Sequence record: NC_048668.1
Direction: 5' to 3' (one strand)
Length of the DNA: 64,000 nucleotides
The position numbers and the translations under genes are program-made. Positions 28,363-38,763 of the stretch are shown here, piece after piece. The first letter of the stretch is position 1. The number at the start of each line of letters is the position of its first letter. The notes under the pieces are model-generated. The model was not told the DNA's origin. It worked only from the letters and a program-made list of their open reading frames with translations, and made no database searches.

Positions 28363-29715
28363 ATGTCCTTGTTCGATGAAGATGAAAAAGCTTCCAGTAT
28401 CAATCCCCCGCAGGTGCTTCCTAACGAAACGCCCTTTAAGGGGATCTCGATCGATACGCAATACACTCCGGTATCTACGATGCTCACTGCTATCGAAGGC
28501 CGTAGTTGGATTGTCGATTACTTCTCTCAGGTACTTAATGGTGACGATGAGACTTCTAGTCACCAGATGACCCGCTTGGGGATTCACCAGCAATACAACC
28601 TGATTCAGAACCTGGAATTGATGGTAACCGATCCGTTACCGGCTAACCCAACTTACGATACGACCAATAACGAGTTTACTGGCCGTGGCGTAGCTAACAT
28701 GTACCCAGGCGTTCGCCCTAACGTAGGTGACATGTTTACTGCCTCTCTTCTGGATGGCAAGTTAGGGTTGTTCCAAGTCACTGAGAACATTCAGCAGAGA
28801 ACCATCTACCGGCAAACGACATTCACGATTGAATACGTATTGAAATCAATACTGTCTCGTCGTGAGTTCGAAGTGATGATGAGTAAGGTTCAACGTACTT
28901 ACCATTTCCACAAGTCGTTCCTGGATAGCGGGATTAACCCAATCCTAACCGATGAAGCCCATAACGCCGTAGAGGAGTTTGAGTCGATTCGTAAACGCTT
29001 ACCTCGCCAGTACATGACGCAGTACTTCAATAAGGAGTACGGTACTCTCCTGGTTCCCGATCAAGGTCAACGTCCGGTCTACGATCCGTTCTTGACTAAG
29101 TTCGTTACTAACCTCTGGTCACGTTTGGAAGTGGGTACGTTTAACGGGATGAACAACCTGAACGTAATGGACGGGATTATCCGTGAGTTCAGGACGATCT
29201 ACGATGCATTGCTCCACAACGATCCGTATTTGATCGATGTAGTAGAAGCGAAGATCCCTATCGTCGATACATCAACGTTCTTCCGTAACCCGTATTACGG
29301 CCCGGCCTGGTATGTAGGTATTCCTTTTGTCTTCTATCCGAAGAGCAATCCGGATGACTACATGTACAGCATGAGTGAAGCAGTACCGAAAGCCAAGGTA
29401 TTGCAGCCAGGTAAAATTCCTGAACGTAACGGCCCTCCGCGTGACCCTGATGCGAAGCCTTCTATTGAGAATGGCATCAAGTTAGTTAACGCTGACGAGT
29501 ACTACGTATTCAGTGCTGACTTCTACAGCAAGTCAGAAAGTCAATCGGCATTAGAAACGCTGGTATGGCAAACTCTGGATAACGGATCCATTGATGCCAA
29601 GACATTAATCGGTCTGTTCAAAGACTCCAGGGATTGGTCTAATCTGGAAAGGTTCTATTACCTCCCGATCATGTTTGCAATCATACCGGCCGCATTACGA
29701 GGTCTTCCATCATGA
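28363..29715 (+). CDS. Virion structural protein (phiKZ gp99-like), 450 aa
   Basis: EGRSWIVDYFSQ, YPGVRPNVGDMF and YDPFLTKF motifs; synteny. Confidence 0.65.
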   Translation: MSLFDEDEKASSINPPQVLPNETPFKGISIDTQYTPVSTMLTAIEGRSWIVDYFSQVLNGDDETSSHQMTRLGIHQQYNLIQNLELMVTDPLPANPTYDTTNNEFTGRGVANMYPGVRPNVGDMFTASLLDGKLGLFQVTENIQQRTIYRQTTFTIEYVLKSILSRREFEVMMSKVQRTYHFHKSFLDSGINPILTDEAHNAVEEFESIRKRLPRQYMTQYFNKEYGTLLVPDQGQRPVYDPFLTKFVTNLWSRLEVGTFNGMNNLNVMDGIIREFRTIYDALLHNDPYLIDVVEAKIPIVDTSTFFRNPYYGPAWYVGIPFVFYPKSNPDDYMYSMSEAVPKAKVLQPGKIPERNGPPRDPDAKPSIENGIKLVNADEYYVFSADFYSKSESQSALETLVWQTLDNGSIDAKTLIGLFKDSRDWSNLERFYYLPIMFAIIPAALRGLPS

Positions 29716-30281
29716 CGAAATCTGCAGGCGAACTTATCTTCAGCAAATACTTCAACGTAGAGATGTACGAATACGATGCAGTAGATGAAACGATGATAGG
29801 TCGGCGCGGTAGTTTCACGACAGGTTCCCCTTACCTGGATCAGATGGCATCTAAACGCCGTACTCGCGTATGGCGTACCATCAACCAGCTTCTGGATCTT
29901 TATCAGGCAGGTTCTGAGTTCACCATGGTCGATGGCATGAAAGCTATCACCCAGATGCACGAGATCATCCAGGAGCACATCCACGACGTTGAGATGTACA
30001 TGAAGTCCATGGCAAGTAGCATGTACTCAGAAGACCCCGAGGTTACTCAGGAGCGCCTGCGTGACCTCCAGTCATTGGACGAACTGGGTCGGCACATCTA
30101 CAACAAAGTTCGTACCTCTAAGATGCCTGAGGTTCATAGCGTCTTCCGCGGTTACATTGACTTTAGCCCAACGTTGATCAAGCCGGCCTCGTCGATTGAG
30201 ATTAAACGCGCAGCTGACTACATCCCTGTTACTGAGCGTATCAAGTACGCTCCTGTACGTAAAAGGAACTTCTATAAATGA
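29712..30281 (+). CDS. Conserved hypothetical protein (189 aa)
   Basis: ATGA overlap with the upstream gene; clean ORF. Confidence 0.75.
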   Translation: MTKSAGELIFSKYFNVEMYEYDAVDETMIGRRGSFTTGSPYLDQMASKRRTRVWRTINQLLDLYQAGSEFTMVDGMKAITQMHEIIQEHIHDVEMYMKSMASSMYSEDPEVTQERLRDLQSLDELGRHIYNKVRTSKMPEVHSVFRGYIDFSPTLIKPASSIEIKRAADYIPVTERIKYAPVRKRNFYK

Positions 30282-31613
30282 ACTCCGCCCTGTTGAGAAA
30301 ACAGGCAATGGAAATAACCGGGTCGGGGAGCTATCCCCGATTCCGATTCCGTCTTATTTTCACATTGCCTAGACGTAAGTTGGAAGTAACTCGGGTTATT
30401 GAAAAGTACACAGAAGCAGATTACGTATCTAGCTTTACCCACGATACGGAAATGCGTATTGCGGTTATCACATCGGATTACAATCTGTTGTACGCTAACC
30501 GTGACAACCTGAATGCAGTGCTCATTCAGGAACAAGTAGACCCGGTTTCCAGCACACCGATCACCTCTGGCCTTCGTTACAATACGCAGTTTAAAGTTAT
30601 CCTTAAAGATAACACTGTGGCTCAGATGTCTTCTGACTCATCGTTAACGACTGCACCGTATTCTGACGGTAAAGATGAACTGAGGATGGTAAGGATTCAA
30701 TTAGTGGATCCCATCGCCGTCTCAATGAATACAAAGTACGCCCAGGGCATTTTCCGTTATGCTAAACCATCGGACGTACTTAAAGGGATGATCCTCTCCC
30801 AAACTAAGATCGACTCAGATCAAGGATTACCGCCGTTATTATCGCTAGACATGGTTGATCCAGAGAACGACGGTCAAAGCGATATCGTTGGTGATGTTAT
30901 CATCGAGAACGGAACTCGTATGGTAGGGTTGGCTGCATTTATCCAGGATCAGATCACGGGTATCTACAACCACGGTATTGGGTCATTCATCCAGAACCAA
31001 CGTTGGTACATCTACCCGATCTTTAACACGAGACGGTACACGAAGACTACCCGACGTTTGACTATCATTCAGAGTACTTCTCTAATGATCCCTGCGTCAG
31101 ATCGTTCGTTTAAAATGGTAGGGAATGACATTACAGTAGTTTGTGCTGGTGCAGTTAAGATGCAGGACTTGTCCGTATCAAACAGCATAAACGGTGAAAC
31201 CGCCATGCACTTCACTCGTGCAAGCGGCTTCTTGGATAACCCTACTATTAACGACAACAACCAGTCCGTCTACAACCGTCAAGAGATCAGTGCCGACATT
31301 ACCGCTGAACCTCGTAAGGATAAACGGACAATGGCTAACGTTAAAGGCGTGACCGATAACTTGGCTAGAGTCCAATCTGAACTTGCCTCTAAACGAGGTA
31401 TGGTTATGGGTAACGACTTGGCAACGTTCCGATATCCGGTTACTTACCCCTGGGATGCCCGTAAGAGTTTATTACGACAACGGCGGTAATGTGACCACGT
31501 TAGAAGGTGTACTCATCCAAGCTAACGAACAATGGACTGGGGAACAACCTGGACTGCTGGCCAATACGATGAAAAGTGCCGCTGCACTATTCCTCTACCT
31601 CGAGAAGGTTTGA
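30278..31613 (+). CDS. Baseplate hub-like protein (phiKZ gp101-like), split by a probable extra G at 31408-31410
   Basis: GIYNHGIGSF..WYIYP motif; removing one G joins it to VTTWQRSDIRLLTPGMPVRVYY. Confidence 0.6.
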
Positions 31614-31617
31614 GATA

Positions 31618-31625
31618 TATATCAC
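31618..31625 (+). promoter_or_regulatory. Candidate early (vRNAP) promoter motif TATATCAC
   Basis: One mismatch to phiKZ early consensus TATATTAC; AT-rich spacer 40 nt before the GNAT gene. Confidence 0.35.
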
Positions 31626-31664
31626 TCCTTTGAATATTAACTTTAGCAAATCAGTTTAACGAAT

Positions 31665-32219
31665 ATGTATACTTTGCGTCTTTTCGATAGTTCCGTCAAC
31701 GAAGTGGAAATGTTAGAATTAATCACTTCTCACAAAACGTCACTCGATCGTTTGATTGGCACCCTGAACAAGTACCACGAAAAGTTGAACGGTATTGTAG
31801 TCGACTCAGAATCATTCTACGACCACATGTCCGAGCTTAGTTCTACCACAGGTTCTTACCTTTTAGCAGTAGTTTTGTACAAGGAAATCCCAGTTGCTTT
31901 CTGCACGGCCTTGTACGAGAACGGAGAGCTCCTTATAGAGCGTTTGTTCGTCGATGAGGATCGTCGCCTAGGTGAGATAGGAAAAACGCTCTACGAGGCT
32001 TTGGTGGCGCTTTCTGAACCAACGTACATTAAGGCCTTCTGCGTTAACGGGAATAATAAAGGTGCTGCCTTCTTTGAATCCATCGGTTTCGTTATGAGTC
32101 CGACAGAAAGCTCTCGTCGCTGCAAGGTATTCGAGAAGAAACCTCAACAAGAGGATTTTATCCTAAATGAAATTCCCCGAGAACAAAGTCAACGTCAAGA
32201 AAGTAACCGACTTAATTAG
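31665..32219 (+). CDS. GNAT-family acetyltransferase
   Basis: LIERLFVDEDRRLGEIGKTL (motif A); NNKGAAFFESIGF (motif B). Confidence 0.7.
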   Translation: MYTLRLFDSSVNEVEMLELITSHKTSLDRLIGTLNKYHEKLNGIVVDSESFYDHMSELSSTTGSYLLAVVLYKEIPVAFCTALYENGELLIERLFVDEDRRLGEIGKTLYEALVALSEPTYIKAFCVNGNNKGAAFFESIGFVMSPTESSRRCKVFEKKPQQEDFILNEIPREQSQRQESNRLN

Positions 32220-33006
32220 TGCTTCCCTTGCGCGTGCAAAGTCCCAACTCCAACCAGGTCGTGTTGAAGTCATCAGTGAAGTTACTCCCTTCGAACGCGA
32301 TCCCTGGAAGCTGATTAGTTCACGCTTCGTTGGATTCGAATTACCCGATGGCTATATCGTGCCACGGATGGTTCAAGGGACTAAGACTTATCAACCCGAT
32401 CCCGATCGTATCTCAATGGCTCGAGAGGGTCTTAAGGAAATGAAACTGGCCTTGTTAGGTTTAGGTATTCAGTTCCATGAGAACGATTCGGAAACCAACC
32501 ACGAAGTATTCTGGGAAAACGTTTATACTTGGACAAGTGAAATTGTCTGGGTAGATAAAGTCGTACCTGAAGACATCGTTTGTAAAGTCCTGTTCGACAA
32601 AGCTCCTCCTGTTATCGCTAACCGCATCTCAGGAACCGCCATCGGCGACGTAAGTAAATTATTACGCGGGATGGTATTTTATGACAAAGCTACATTAGTT
32701 GCAAAGTTCCCAGATTATCTCGAGTTGCCTACGAACATGTTTATGGTCGATGGGTTAAAGGTTTCAGTATTCCGTACGGGCAATGGTTACGCAAACGGCA
32801 CAACGCCTGTTGCGATTAATAACTTAGCTGCAGCGGAATCCGTGTCGCGTTCTGTAGTTGGATATTTAAACCTCCAGCTTACGGAAACAGAACGTGGCAC
32901 TTACCTACAACAGAGTTGGTTTGCGAGAATTTCCGCCTTGGCGCAATCGTCGGTGTTCGGGAATCTCTACTGGAGCTATGTACTACGTGGCCTTGGTAAA
33001 CAGTAA
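32167..33006 (+). CDS. Hypothetical protein (279 aa)
   Basis: GAGGA RBS; clean ORF ending at a hairpin. Confidence 0.75.
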   Translation: MKFPENKVNVKKVTDLISASLARAKSQLQPGRVEVISEVTPFERDPWKLISSRFVGFELPDGYIVPRMVQGTKTYQPDPDRISMAREGLKEMKLALLGLGIQFHENDSETNHEVFWENVYTWTSEIVWVDKVVPEDIVCKVLFDKAPPVIANRISGTAIGDVSKLLRGMVFYDKATLVAKFPDYLELPTNMFMVDGLKVSVFRTGNGYANGTTPVAINNLAAAESVSRSVVGYLNLQLTETERGTYLQQSWFARISALAQSSVFGNLYWSYVLRGLGKQ

Positions 33007-33017
33007 GACTTAAGATT

Positions 33018-33051
33018 TTGGAGGAGGGGTAAAACCTTCCTCCACCTTTTT
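33018..33051. terminator. Intrinsic terminator
   Basis: TGGAGGAGGGGT-AAA-ACCTTCCTCCA then TTTTTT. Confidence 0.7.
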
Positions 33052-33072
33052 TACTGAGCGAGTATGTAAAAA

Positions 33073-33255
33073 ATGAGCACTCAATCGAACGGCGTAATTC
33101 TTTCTTTCCATGTGGATGCTTCCGGTGAAACAGAACTGGCTCCGCGTGCGTACCAAGAATCTATCCTCCATTACCGTTTTAACATGGAATGGGATACGAT
33201 CAACAAAATGTCCGACCAAGAAGTCGAGGCAATGTTCCTGAAGTTAACCGACTAA
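33073..33255 (+). CDS. Small hypothetical protein (60 aa)
   Basis: ORF bounded by two terminator hairpins. Confidence 0.55.
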   Translation: MSTQSNGVILSFHVDASGETELAPRAYQESILHYRFNMEWDTINKMSDQEVEAMFLKLTD

Positions 33256-33256
33256 A

Positions 33257-33286
33257 GGCAGGGGTTAATTCCCCTGCTCTATTTTG
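33257..33286 (+). terminator. Intrinsic terminator
   Basis: GCAGGGG-TTAATT-CCCCTGC then CTATTTT. Confidence 0.7.
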
Positions 33287-33312
33287 CACTTTTATTAATA
33301 GAGGAAAGAACC

Positions 33313-33882
33313 ATGTCCAACGTATTCAACATCAGTGATTTATTGAAGATCCATCAGGAAGAGGTTATCGCAGATCCTAAAGTAGTAGAGATGGATCCAA
33401 TGAAATCAATAGAGGCTCTCCTCGGCAATCTGGAGCGCGTGTGTGATGATATCCATACGTCGGTAAGGAAGTTTGCAGAAGATAGCGTAGGGTCAGTTGT
33501 ACGGCTTTCCAAGCGTGCTGGTACAGAAGACTACATTCGCAAGCAGTTAGTTCATCTGCAGATCCTTTCAATGAACAAGGCTAAGAAGCTCTCTACGCGT
33601 CAACTGGCCGACTTCATTAAGAAGGCTTACTGGCGTATTGAACAAGCAGAACGTCGCATTGTACGTAACCTGGATAAGATTGGTCAGGAATACGGATATG
33701 ACGAACGCCAGGCTGCTGAAGAAAAAGCTTTGGCTGAAGTTGACCAAGGTAAAGTTGTCAATCTCCCCATCGCCCAAGATACTAAGTTCAACATGAATAC
33801 CTTATCTCCTTACGACCGTATCTATCGTAACAGCGTAGATAATCCTCAGAACGGCGAAGCTGGAACAGACTTCGGCGACTAA
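33313..33882 (+). CDS. Hypothetical helical protein (189 aa)
   Basis: GAGGA RBS; clean ORF. Confidence 0.75.
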   Translation: MSNVFNISDLLKIHQEEVIADPKVVEMDPMKSIEALLGNLERVCDDIHTSVRKFAEDSVGSVVRLSKRAGTEDYIRKQLVHLQILSMNKAKKLSTRQLADFIKKAYWRIEQAERRIVRNLDKIGQEYGYDERQAAEEKALAEVDQGKVVNLPIAQDTKFNMNTLSPYDRIYRNSVDNPQNGEAGTDFGD

Positions 33883-33886
33883 CCAA

Positions 33887-33929
33887 CATAGCTCCCTCCT
33901 CTACCTTCACGGGTAGAGGAGGGCTGTGA
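33887..33929. terminator. Bidirectional terminator hairpin
   Basis: CATAGCTCCCTCCTCTACC-loop-GGTAGAGGAGGGCTGTG between convergent genes. Confidence 0.8.
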
Positions 33930-33950
33930 CCGCAGTCACTCTTTTATTTT

Positions 33951-35512
33951 TTAGTGTGGTTGGAAGTCATTGATATCTTCGAATGATTGGTGCCAACCTG
34001 CGCCACCGCCCTCACTGGCAGTTTGTGCTCCAGGTTTCTTCATGGAGAGATCTTCCCCATCGATATCATCAGGAATACCGATTTCAGTAAAGCGATAAGT
34101 ACAACGTTGATGCTCTAACGGAGTGTTATCCACACCACGGTGTTTACCACGACCAATGTTGAGGTAAGCTACACCGTCAACGATTTTGTTTCTGAATGTT
34201 GATCTCCATGTCAACTTCTTGCGCGATCGTCTTACATTCGTTGTAGTACGCTCGGTTAAGAATTTCATTCAGGAACTGGTTAGGACGGTCACGTTCAATC
34301 GCAAGTGCTTCGGTAGACAACTGGTGAGGAGTAATGAACAGAACGTTGTGCAGTACCATGAAGTTACGAGTACGCTTGAACAACGCTTGTTTATCACGAC
34401 CGGTAATCCCGCCGTTATCGAAACCCTTAGTTGACATCATCGCCAGGTAGTCGAACGTACAGACAATAATCTCGTAGTTGTCTGCTTCCAAACCCAACAC
34501 CAAAGATTGCAGTGAATCGAAAGTGAACTCATCTGGGTTAATACGGAACATCAAGAAGTGCCAACCGTTCTCAGCAAACTTATCGTGCATATACTGAGCA
34601 GCTTCATTCGGATCAATATCCTTCAAAGCGATCGGACGACCAATGGTCGGTTCGATACATTGCTTGTACATGGTACGGATGTTGATCGGAAGGTCGTTCT
34701 CAGAAGAGATGAGTACGATAGCTGGTTTCTTATCCGGGTTCTGCAACTTAGGCTTGTTGTATAAAGCAGCCCCTTTGGTCATCATCATTGTCAGACCAGA
34801 TTTAAAGTGGTGTTGTAAACCACCTACAAGGATTGCCTCACCACGACGACCACCACCCTGTTCACCGAACATTCGGTTAAGGCCTTGTAGACCGAACTTG
34901 ATGATCTCTTCTTTAGATACCTGCTTCTTAGCTTTCTCAAACATGGCACGTACTGAGTCCACGTTTGTAAAGTCAACGAAGTCCATTACACCCGGAGCGT
35001 TCTGTGGAGAGTCATTCTTCTCCATGGCGTAATGTTCAAACTGGTTAACCATCGAACGAGCAATTTCGTTCAGTTCGAAGTCACCTTCTCCGTAGAGAAT
35101 CTTTTTGGTGTAATCTGCCAGCTTGAGTTTAAACTCTGACTTACGAGAAAACTCGTTCAAGTCCATGATCAATGTACGGCAATGACGTTTGATCGCCTCT
35201 TCATCCATCTTGGCGTTCAGACCTTGCTCTATCATGTCTATGATAGAAGGTTCTTCGCTAGCCAGGATACGGACGTTCTGAGAGATCAACTCTTTGCTCT
35301 GAGCCAAAGAAGGGTTAGCTGACATTTTTAGAATCAAGGTCTTCAGTGAGTTGAAGATCTCGATGGTTTGTTCTGTGTCAGATAAACCTTTCTCTACCTT
35401 AACATCTTTGAGGACACGCTTTACTAAACTCTTACTATCGCTACCCGCCTTAGCTTGGGTTTCCCAGTACAACAACATCAGAGCATTTACAATAAAGCAG
35501 TCGGTAGTTCAT
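33951..35512 (-). CDS. dnaB: DnaB-like replicative helicase (phiKZ gp118-like), with two probable single-base insertions (35494-35496, 34184-34187)
   Basis: AGAGGA RBS before ATG 35512 (MNYRLL/IVNALMLLYWE); Walker A variant GGLQHHFKSG; ISSEND; Walker B IVCTFDYLAMM; ITPHQLS; C-terminal YLNIGRGKHRG. Confidence 0.85.
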
Positions 35513-35566
35513 TCTGTCCTCTATAGTCTTACTATGTGCACGCATCCATTACCATCGGAGGAATTT

Positions 35567-36133
35567 ATGCGTATCGATTCTGTGAGTCGGCTGCGAGTAG
35601 GTATTGTACCTTCGTGGCTCGCGGAAATAGTTTCCATGACACCAGACCTGGAGTTTTCCGATCTGTTGGTGTTCCATGAATTAGCTGACACTAAAAGTTC
35701 TATATTATCAAAAGACGAAGTATTAATTTATGCGTTGACGCAACGCTATCTCAATACATTTGCCGAAGATGTTTTTTCTGACACCATTGCACTCAGTAAT
35801 ACTATGGAAAACAGTGCGTTCATTAATGATCACGCTGCCCGTATGTTGGCGTTGGAAAAAGAGACGCTGCTGAAAGATCAAATGGCGCAGGGTAAAGATC
35901 AACTGGGTATCTCCGGTAACCAAGATCTTATCCTGGGCAAAGAGTTCTACGTCCCGCTGATGCAGGGAACCGAGACTTTACTTCTTATAGGGAGTAAATC
36001 CGCCGTTTATGAAGATAAACGCGCTTTCCTGAATGCAGTAGTCGAAGCCATTGCCGGATCCGTCTCTTACCCAGACTTCCGTCATTACAACTTCTTCAGA
36101 GAGTACTTGAAGTACGCGATCACTAAATACTGA
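35567..36133 (+). CDS. Conserved protein immediately upstream of MCP (phiKZ gp119-like), 188 aa
   Basis: GGAGGA RBS before ATG 35567; synteny between helicase and MCP. Confidence 0.7.
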   Translation: MRIDSVSRLRVGIVPSWLAEIVSMTPDLEFSDLLVFHELADTKSSILSKDEVLIYALTQRYLNTFAEDVFSDTIALSNTMENSAFINDHAARMLALEKETLLKDQMAQGKDQLGISGNQDLILGKEFYVPLMQGTETLLLIGSKSAVYEDKRAFLNAVVEAIAGSVSYPDFRHYNFFREYLKYAITKY

Positions 36134-36153
36134 TCCGCCACATTCCCAAATAG

Positions 36154-36182
36154 TATGTAACTGCTATTACAGCATTGTTATG
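36154..36182 (+). promoter_or_regulatory. Two candidate late promoter cores (TATG at 36154 and 36179) upstream of MCP
   Basis: AGTATGTAA and GTTATGTAA in the AT-rich leader. Confidence 0.45.
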
Positions 36183-36253
36183 TAAAAAGTGCATATACTG
36201 TGCTGTTAATCAATTCAGTTCCTAAATAACGTTATTTAAAGGAAAGAACCACA

Positions 36254-38542
36254 ATGGCAAGACCATCGAAAAGCGCACTGCGCGGCAACCTGACCAAAAA
36301 TCTGGTTGAGAAAATCCACAATGCGGTAATGCGCAACGTAAACAGCCTGGGCGAAGGCTCTGCCGCTGGCGTGATGTCCGTATCTCTGGAAAGCTACAAC
36401 GACCTGGGTGTTAACGCTGCTGACGTTGACAGCACCCTGGATAACCTGACCCAGGATCTGGCCGAAGCGCAAAGCGATGCGGTTGGTGCAGTAAACGCAA
36501 TCGAGCAAGGTCAGTCTGACGGCGCCATCGTTCATGGCGGCGAGTTCATCGAAGAGAACGGTAACAAAGTAGCTGTTGAAGCTGCCGCTGTTCTGGCGAT
36601 GTCCTTCAAAAACCCAGGCGCTTACTACAAGGACGGTTATTCTAACCCGGCCTTCGAAAGCGGCGTTATCGTCCACAACATGGTTTCCTCCGGTGCCAAC
36701 GGCGCCATCGCGACTCTGCCGGAAAGCAGCCGTCCGTCGTTCGAATCCTTCGACGAAAAAGAAACCGAAAAATGGCGTGAACACAGCTACGCTATCAACA
36801 TGATGGCCGCTAAACAGCACCCATTCGCTGAACTGTTCTACCGCACTCAGATCATCACTCCTGACCAAGCTGGCTTCGTAATGTCGATCCGCCGTAACAT
36901 GGTCTGGGAAACCTACCAGGGTACTGGTCTGAAAGGCGACGCCGTTAAATTCCAAAAACGTAACATCCTGCAAGGTCTGCTGGACTACACCGTTCTGGAA
37001 AGCAACAGCACCGAACTGATCCCGTGCATCCACACCGGCGAGAACGATGACCAGTTCATCGACCCGACCCTGGTTGCACCGCGCAAAGTTGTTCAGTCCA
37101 ACGAAGAGTTCGAAACCAACTACCTGAAATTCGGTGTTGGCTTCAACCTGCCAATGCTGGCACAGACTCCTTCTCGTCTGCAGAAAGGTTCTCCAACCTT
37201 CTCCGACTCTCTGGACAGCCGTATCGCGCTGAAAGATCTGCTGGTAACCGTTTCCAAAGGCGGCACCAAAGAAAACGTGAACTTCTTCGTGAACCGCGAC
37301 CAGTACGCCGCGTACACCGCAACTCGCGAATACAACTTCCGTCAAATGCAGCTGAAATTCCTGTCGACCGTTTCTGTTAACGCAGAAACCAAAACCGTTG
37401 AAGGCGCGGAATCCGCTAACCTGAAAGGTCTGATCGACGCTGGCTACAGCATGGAACTGGCTGTTGGTATCGACGGCGAAGTAAACGTTGAAACCGGCTC
37501 CGGCGAAACCTACGCACGTCCTCTGAAAATCGCTAAGATCTTCGACAAAGACGGCGTTGAAATCGCACTGTCCGACGCGCGCGTTGCCGCTCTGATCGCT
37601 GGCCTGACTTTCGAAGCTGCGGGTTACACCCTGGAAGCTCGTCTGACCAACATCAACCAACTGGAACTGGGCCTGGCAATCGACTCCGACGTGATGAAAC
37701 ACGGCTTCATGATCCCAACTCTGCCGCCGCTGGTTATCATCAAGCCGGCTCTGCAAGACGAAGAGAAAGTGTATCCGCGCATCGAAGCGCTGACCACTGC
37801 TTACCGTGTGCAGATGCGTAACAACGCAGTAACCACCCTGCTGAACCGCCGCGATACTCTGAAAGCCTACCTGGGCGTTGGCGTACCGCACCCGATCGAA
37901 TCTAACCAAGGCCTGGAAGGTGTCGGCCAATACTACGTGCGCCCGTACTACATGGAAGCCGAAGTAGATATCCTGAAAGATCTGAACAACCTGACCTCGG
38001 CTGCTAAGCAGACTGACATTCAGGGTCTGTTGGTTAGCAAGATCAACGAAATGGTTTACACCGCTGACCAGCTGACTGGTTACACCGCTGCTCTGGAAGC
38101 TGCCTTCCCAGGCCGTACTCCTAAGCCGCACGTAGCTATCGGTACCGACATGCGTCTGCCGCAGTACCTGCAGATTCCTGGCGACGACCGTACCGTTGGT
38201 ATTGGTTACGACTACACCATCGCTCGTATCTCCGACCTGCGCATGAAAGATCAGATCATCATGACCTTCGTGCTGCCGAACGTTGACGAGCCGCACCCGC
38301 TGCAGCACGGCGTACTGGGCCTGATTCCGGAATACCTGGTTAACTTCCAGATGATCCGTAACCAGCGCATCGGTAACGAAATCCGTCTGACTCCGCGCTA
38401 CCGTTACTTCAACTTCCTGCCGATCATGATGAGCATTACCGTCAAGAACCTGGAAGAAGCAATCGCGGCGCGTACTGCTCAAGCGAACGACGTTAAAGTC
38501 ACCAACGCTGCCGATTTCAAAGGCGACGCGTCTGGCGGTTGA
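36254..38542 (+). CDS. Major capsid protein precursor (phiKZ gp120-like), 762 aa
   Basis: Strongest codon bias in the window; SLE-S, AFE-S and SFE-S propeptide sites; QHPFAELFY and LTPRYRYFNFLPI motifs; helicase-gp119-MCP synteny. Confidence 0.9.
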   Translation: MARPSKSALRGNLTKNLVEKIHNAVMRNVNSLGEGSAAGVMSVSLESYNDLGVNAADVDSTLDNLTQDLAEAQSDAVGAVNAIEQGQSDGAIVHGGEFIEENGNKVAVEAAAVLAMSFKNPGAYYKDGYSNPAFESGVIVHNMVSSGANGAIATLPESSRPSFESFDEKETEKWREHSYAINMMAAKQHPFAELFYRTQIITPDQAGFVMSIRRNMVWETYQGTGLKGDAVKFQKRNILQGLLDYTVLESNSTELIPCIHTGENDDQFIDPTLVAPRKVVQSNEEFETNYLKFGVGFNLPMLAQTPSRLQKGSPTFSDSLDSRIALKDLLVTVSKGGTKENVNFFVNRDQYAAYTATREYNFRQMQLKFLSTVSVNAETKTVEGAESANLKGLIDAGYSMELAVGIDGEVNVETGSGETYARPLKIAKIFDKDGVEIALSDARVAALIAGLTFEAAGYTLEARLTNINQLELGLAIDSDVMKHGFMIPTLPPLVIIKPALQDEEKVYPRIEALTTAYRVQMRNNAVTTLLNRRDTLKAYLGVGVPHPIESNQGLEGVGQYYVRPYYMEAEVDILKDLNNLTSAAKQTDIQGLLVSKINEMVYTADQLTGYTAALEAAFPGRTPKPHVAIGTDMRLPQYLQIPGDDRTVGIGYDYTIARISDLRMKDQIIMTFVLPNVDEPHPLQHGVLGLIPEYLVNFQMIRNQRIGNEIRLTPRYRYFNFLPIMMSITVKNLEEAIAARTAQANDVKVTNAADFKGDASGG

Positions 38543-38593
38543 ACGCTCGCAGAGGCCTTTGAAGAAACCTTACCGGGTTTCGATCCGGCCTAG
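38543..38593 (+). other. In-frame 16-codon extension after MCP UGA (TLAEAFEETLPGFDPA-TAG); candidate readthrough segment
   Basis: Direct translation; lies inside the transcript before the terminator; peptide matches motifs in other virion proteins. Confidence 0.6.
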
Positions 38594-38608
38594 GCCACAA
38601 GCCAATAC

Positions 38609-38639
38609 ACCAGGGACCTTCGGGTCCCTGGTTTATTTT
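38609..38639 (+). terminator. Strong intrinsic terminator after MCP
   Basis: ACCAGGGACC-TTCG-GGTCCCTGGT then TTATTTT. Confidence 0.9.
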
Positions 38640-38671
38640 GCCCTATTTCCATATCGACTTAAGTTCATGTA

Positions 38672-38679
38672 TATATTAC
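38672..38679 (+). promoter_or_regulatory. Candidate early (vRNAP) promoter TATATTAC
   Basis: Exact match to the phiKZ early consensus, upstream of the operon containing the nvRNAP subunit. Confidence 0.55.
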
Positions 38680-38763
38680 TACCTTGGAGTTGTGATGGAG
38701 TCGCGATCCATTACTAAGTTCTAACAGATCTGTTTCAACAAATTCTATTGGGGTACCATTACC

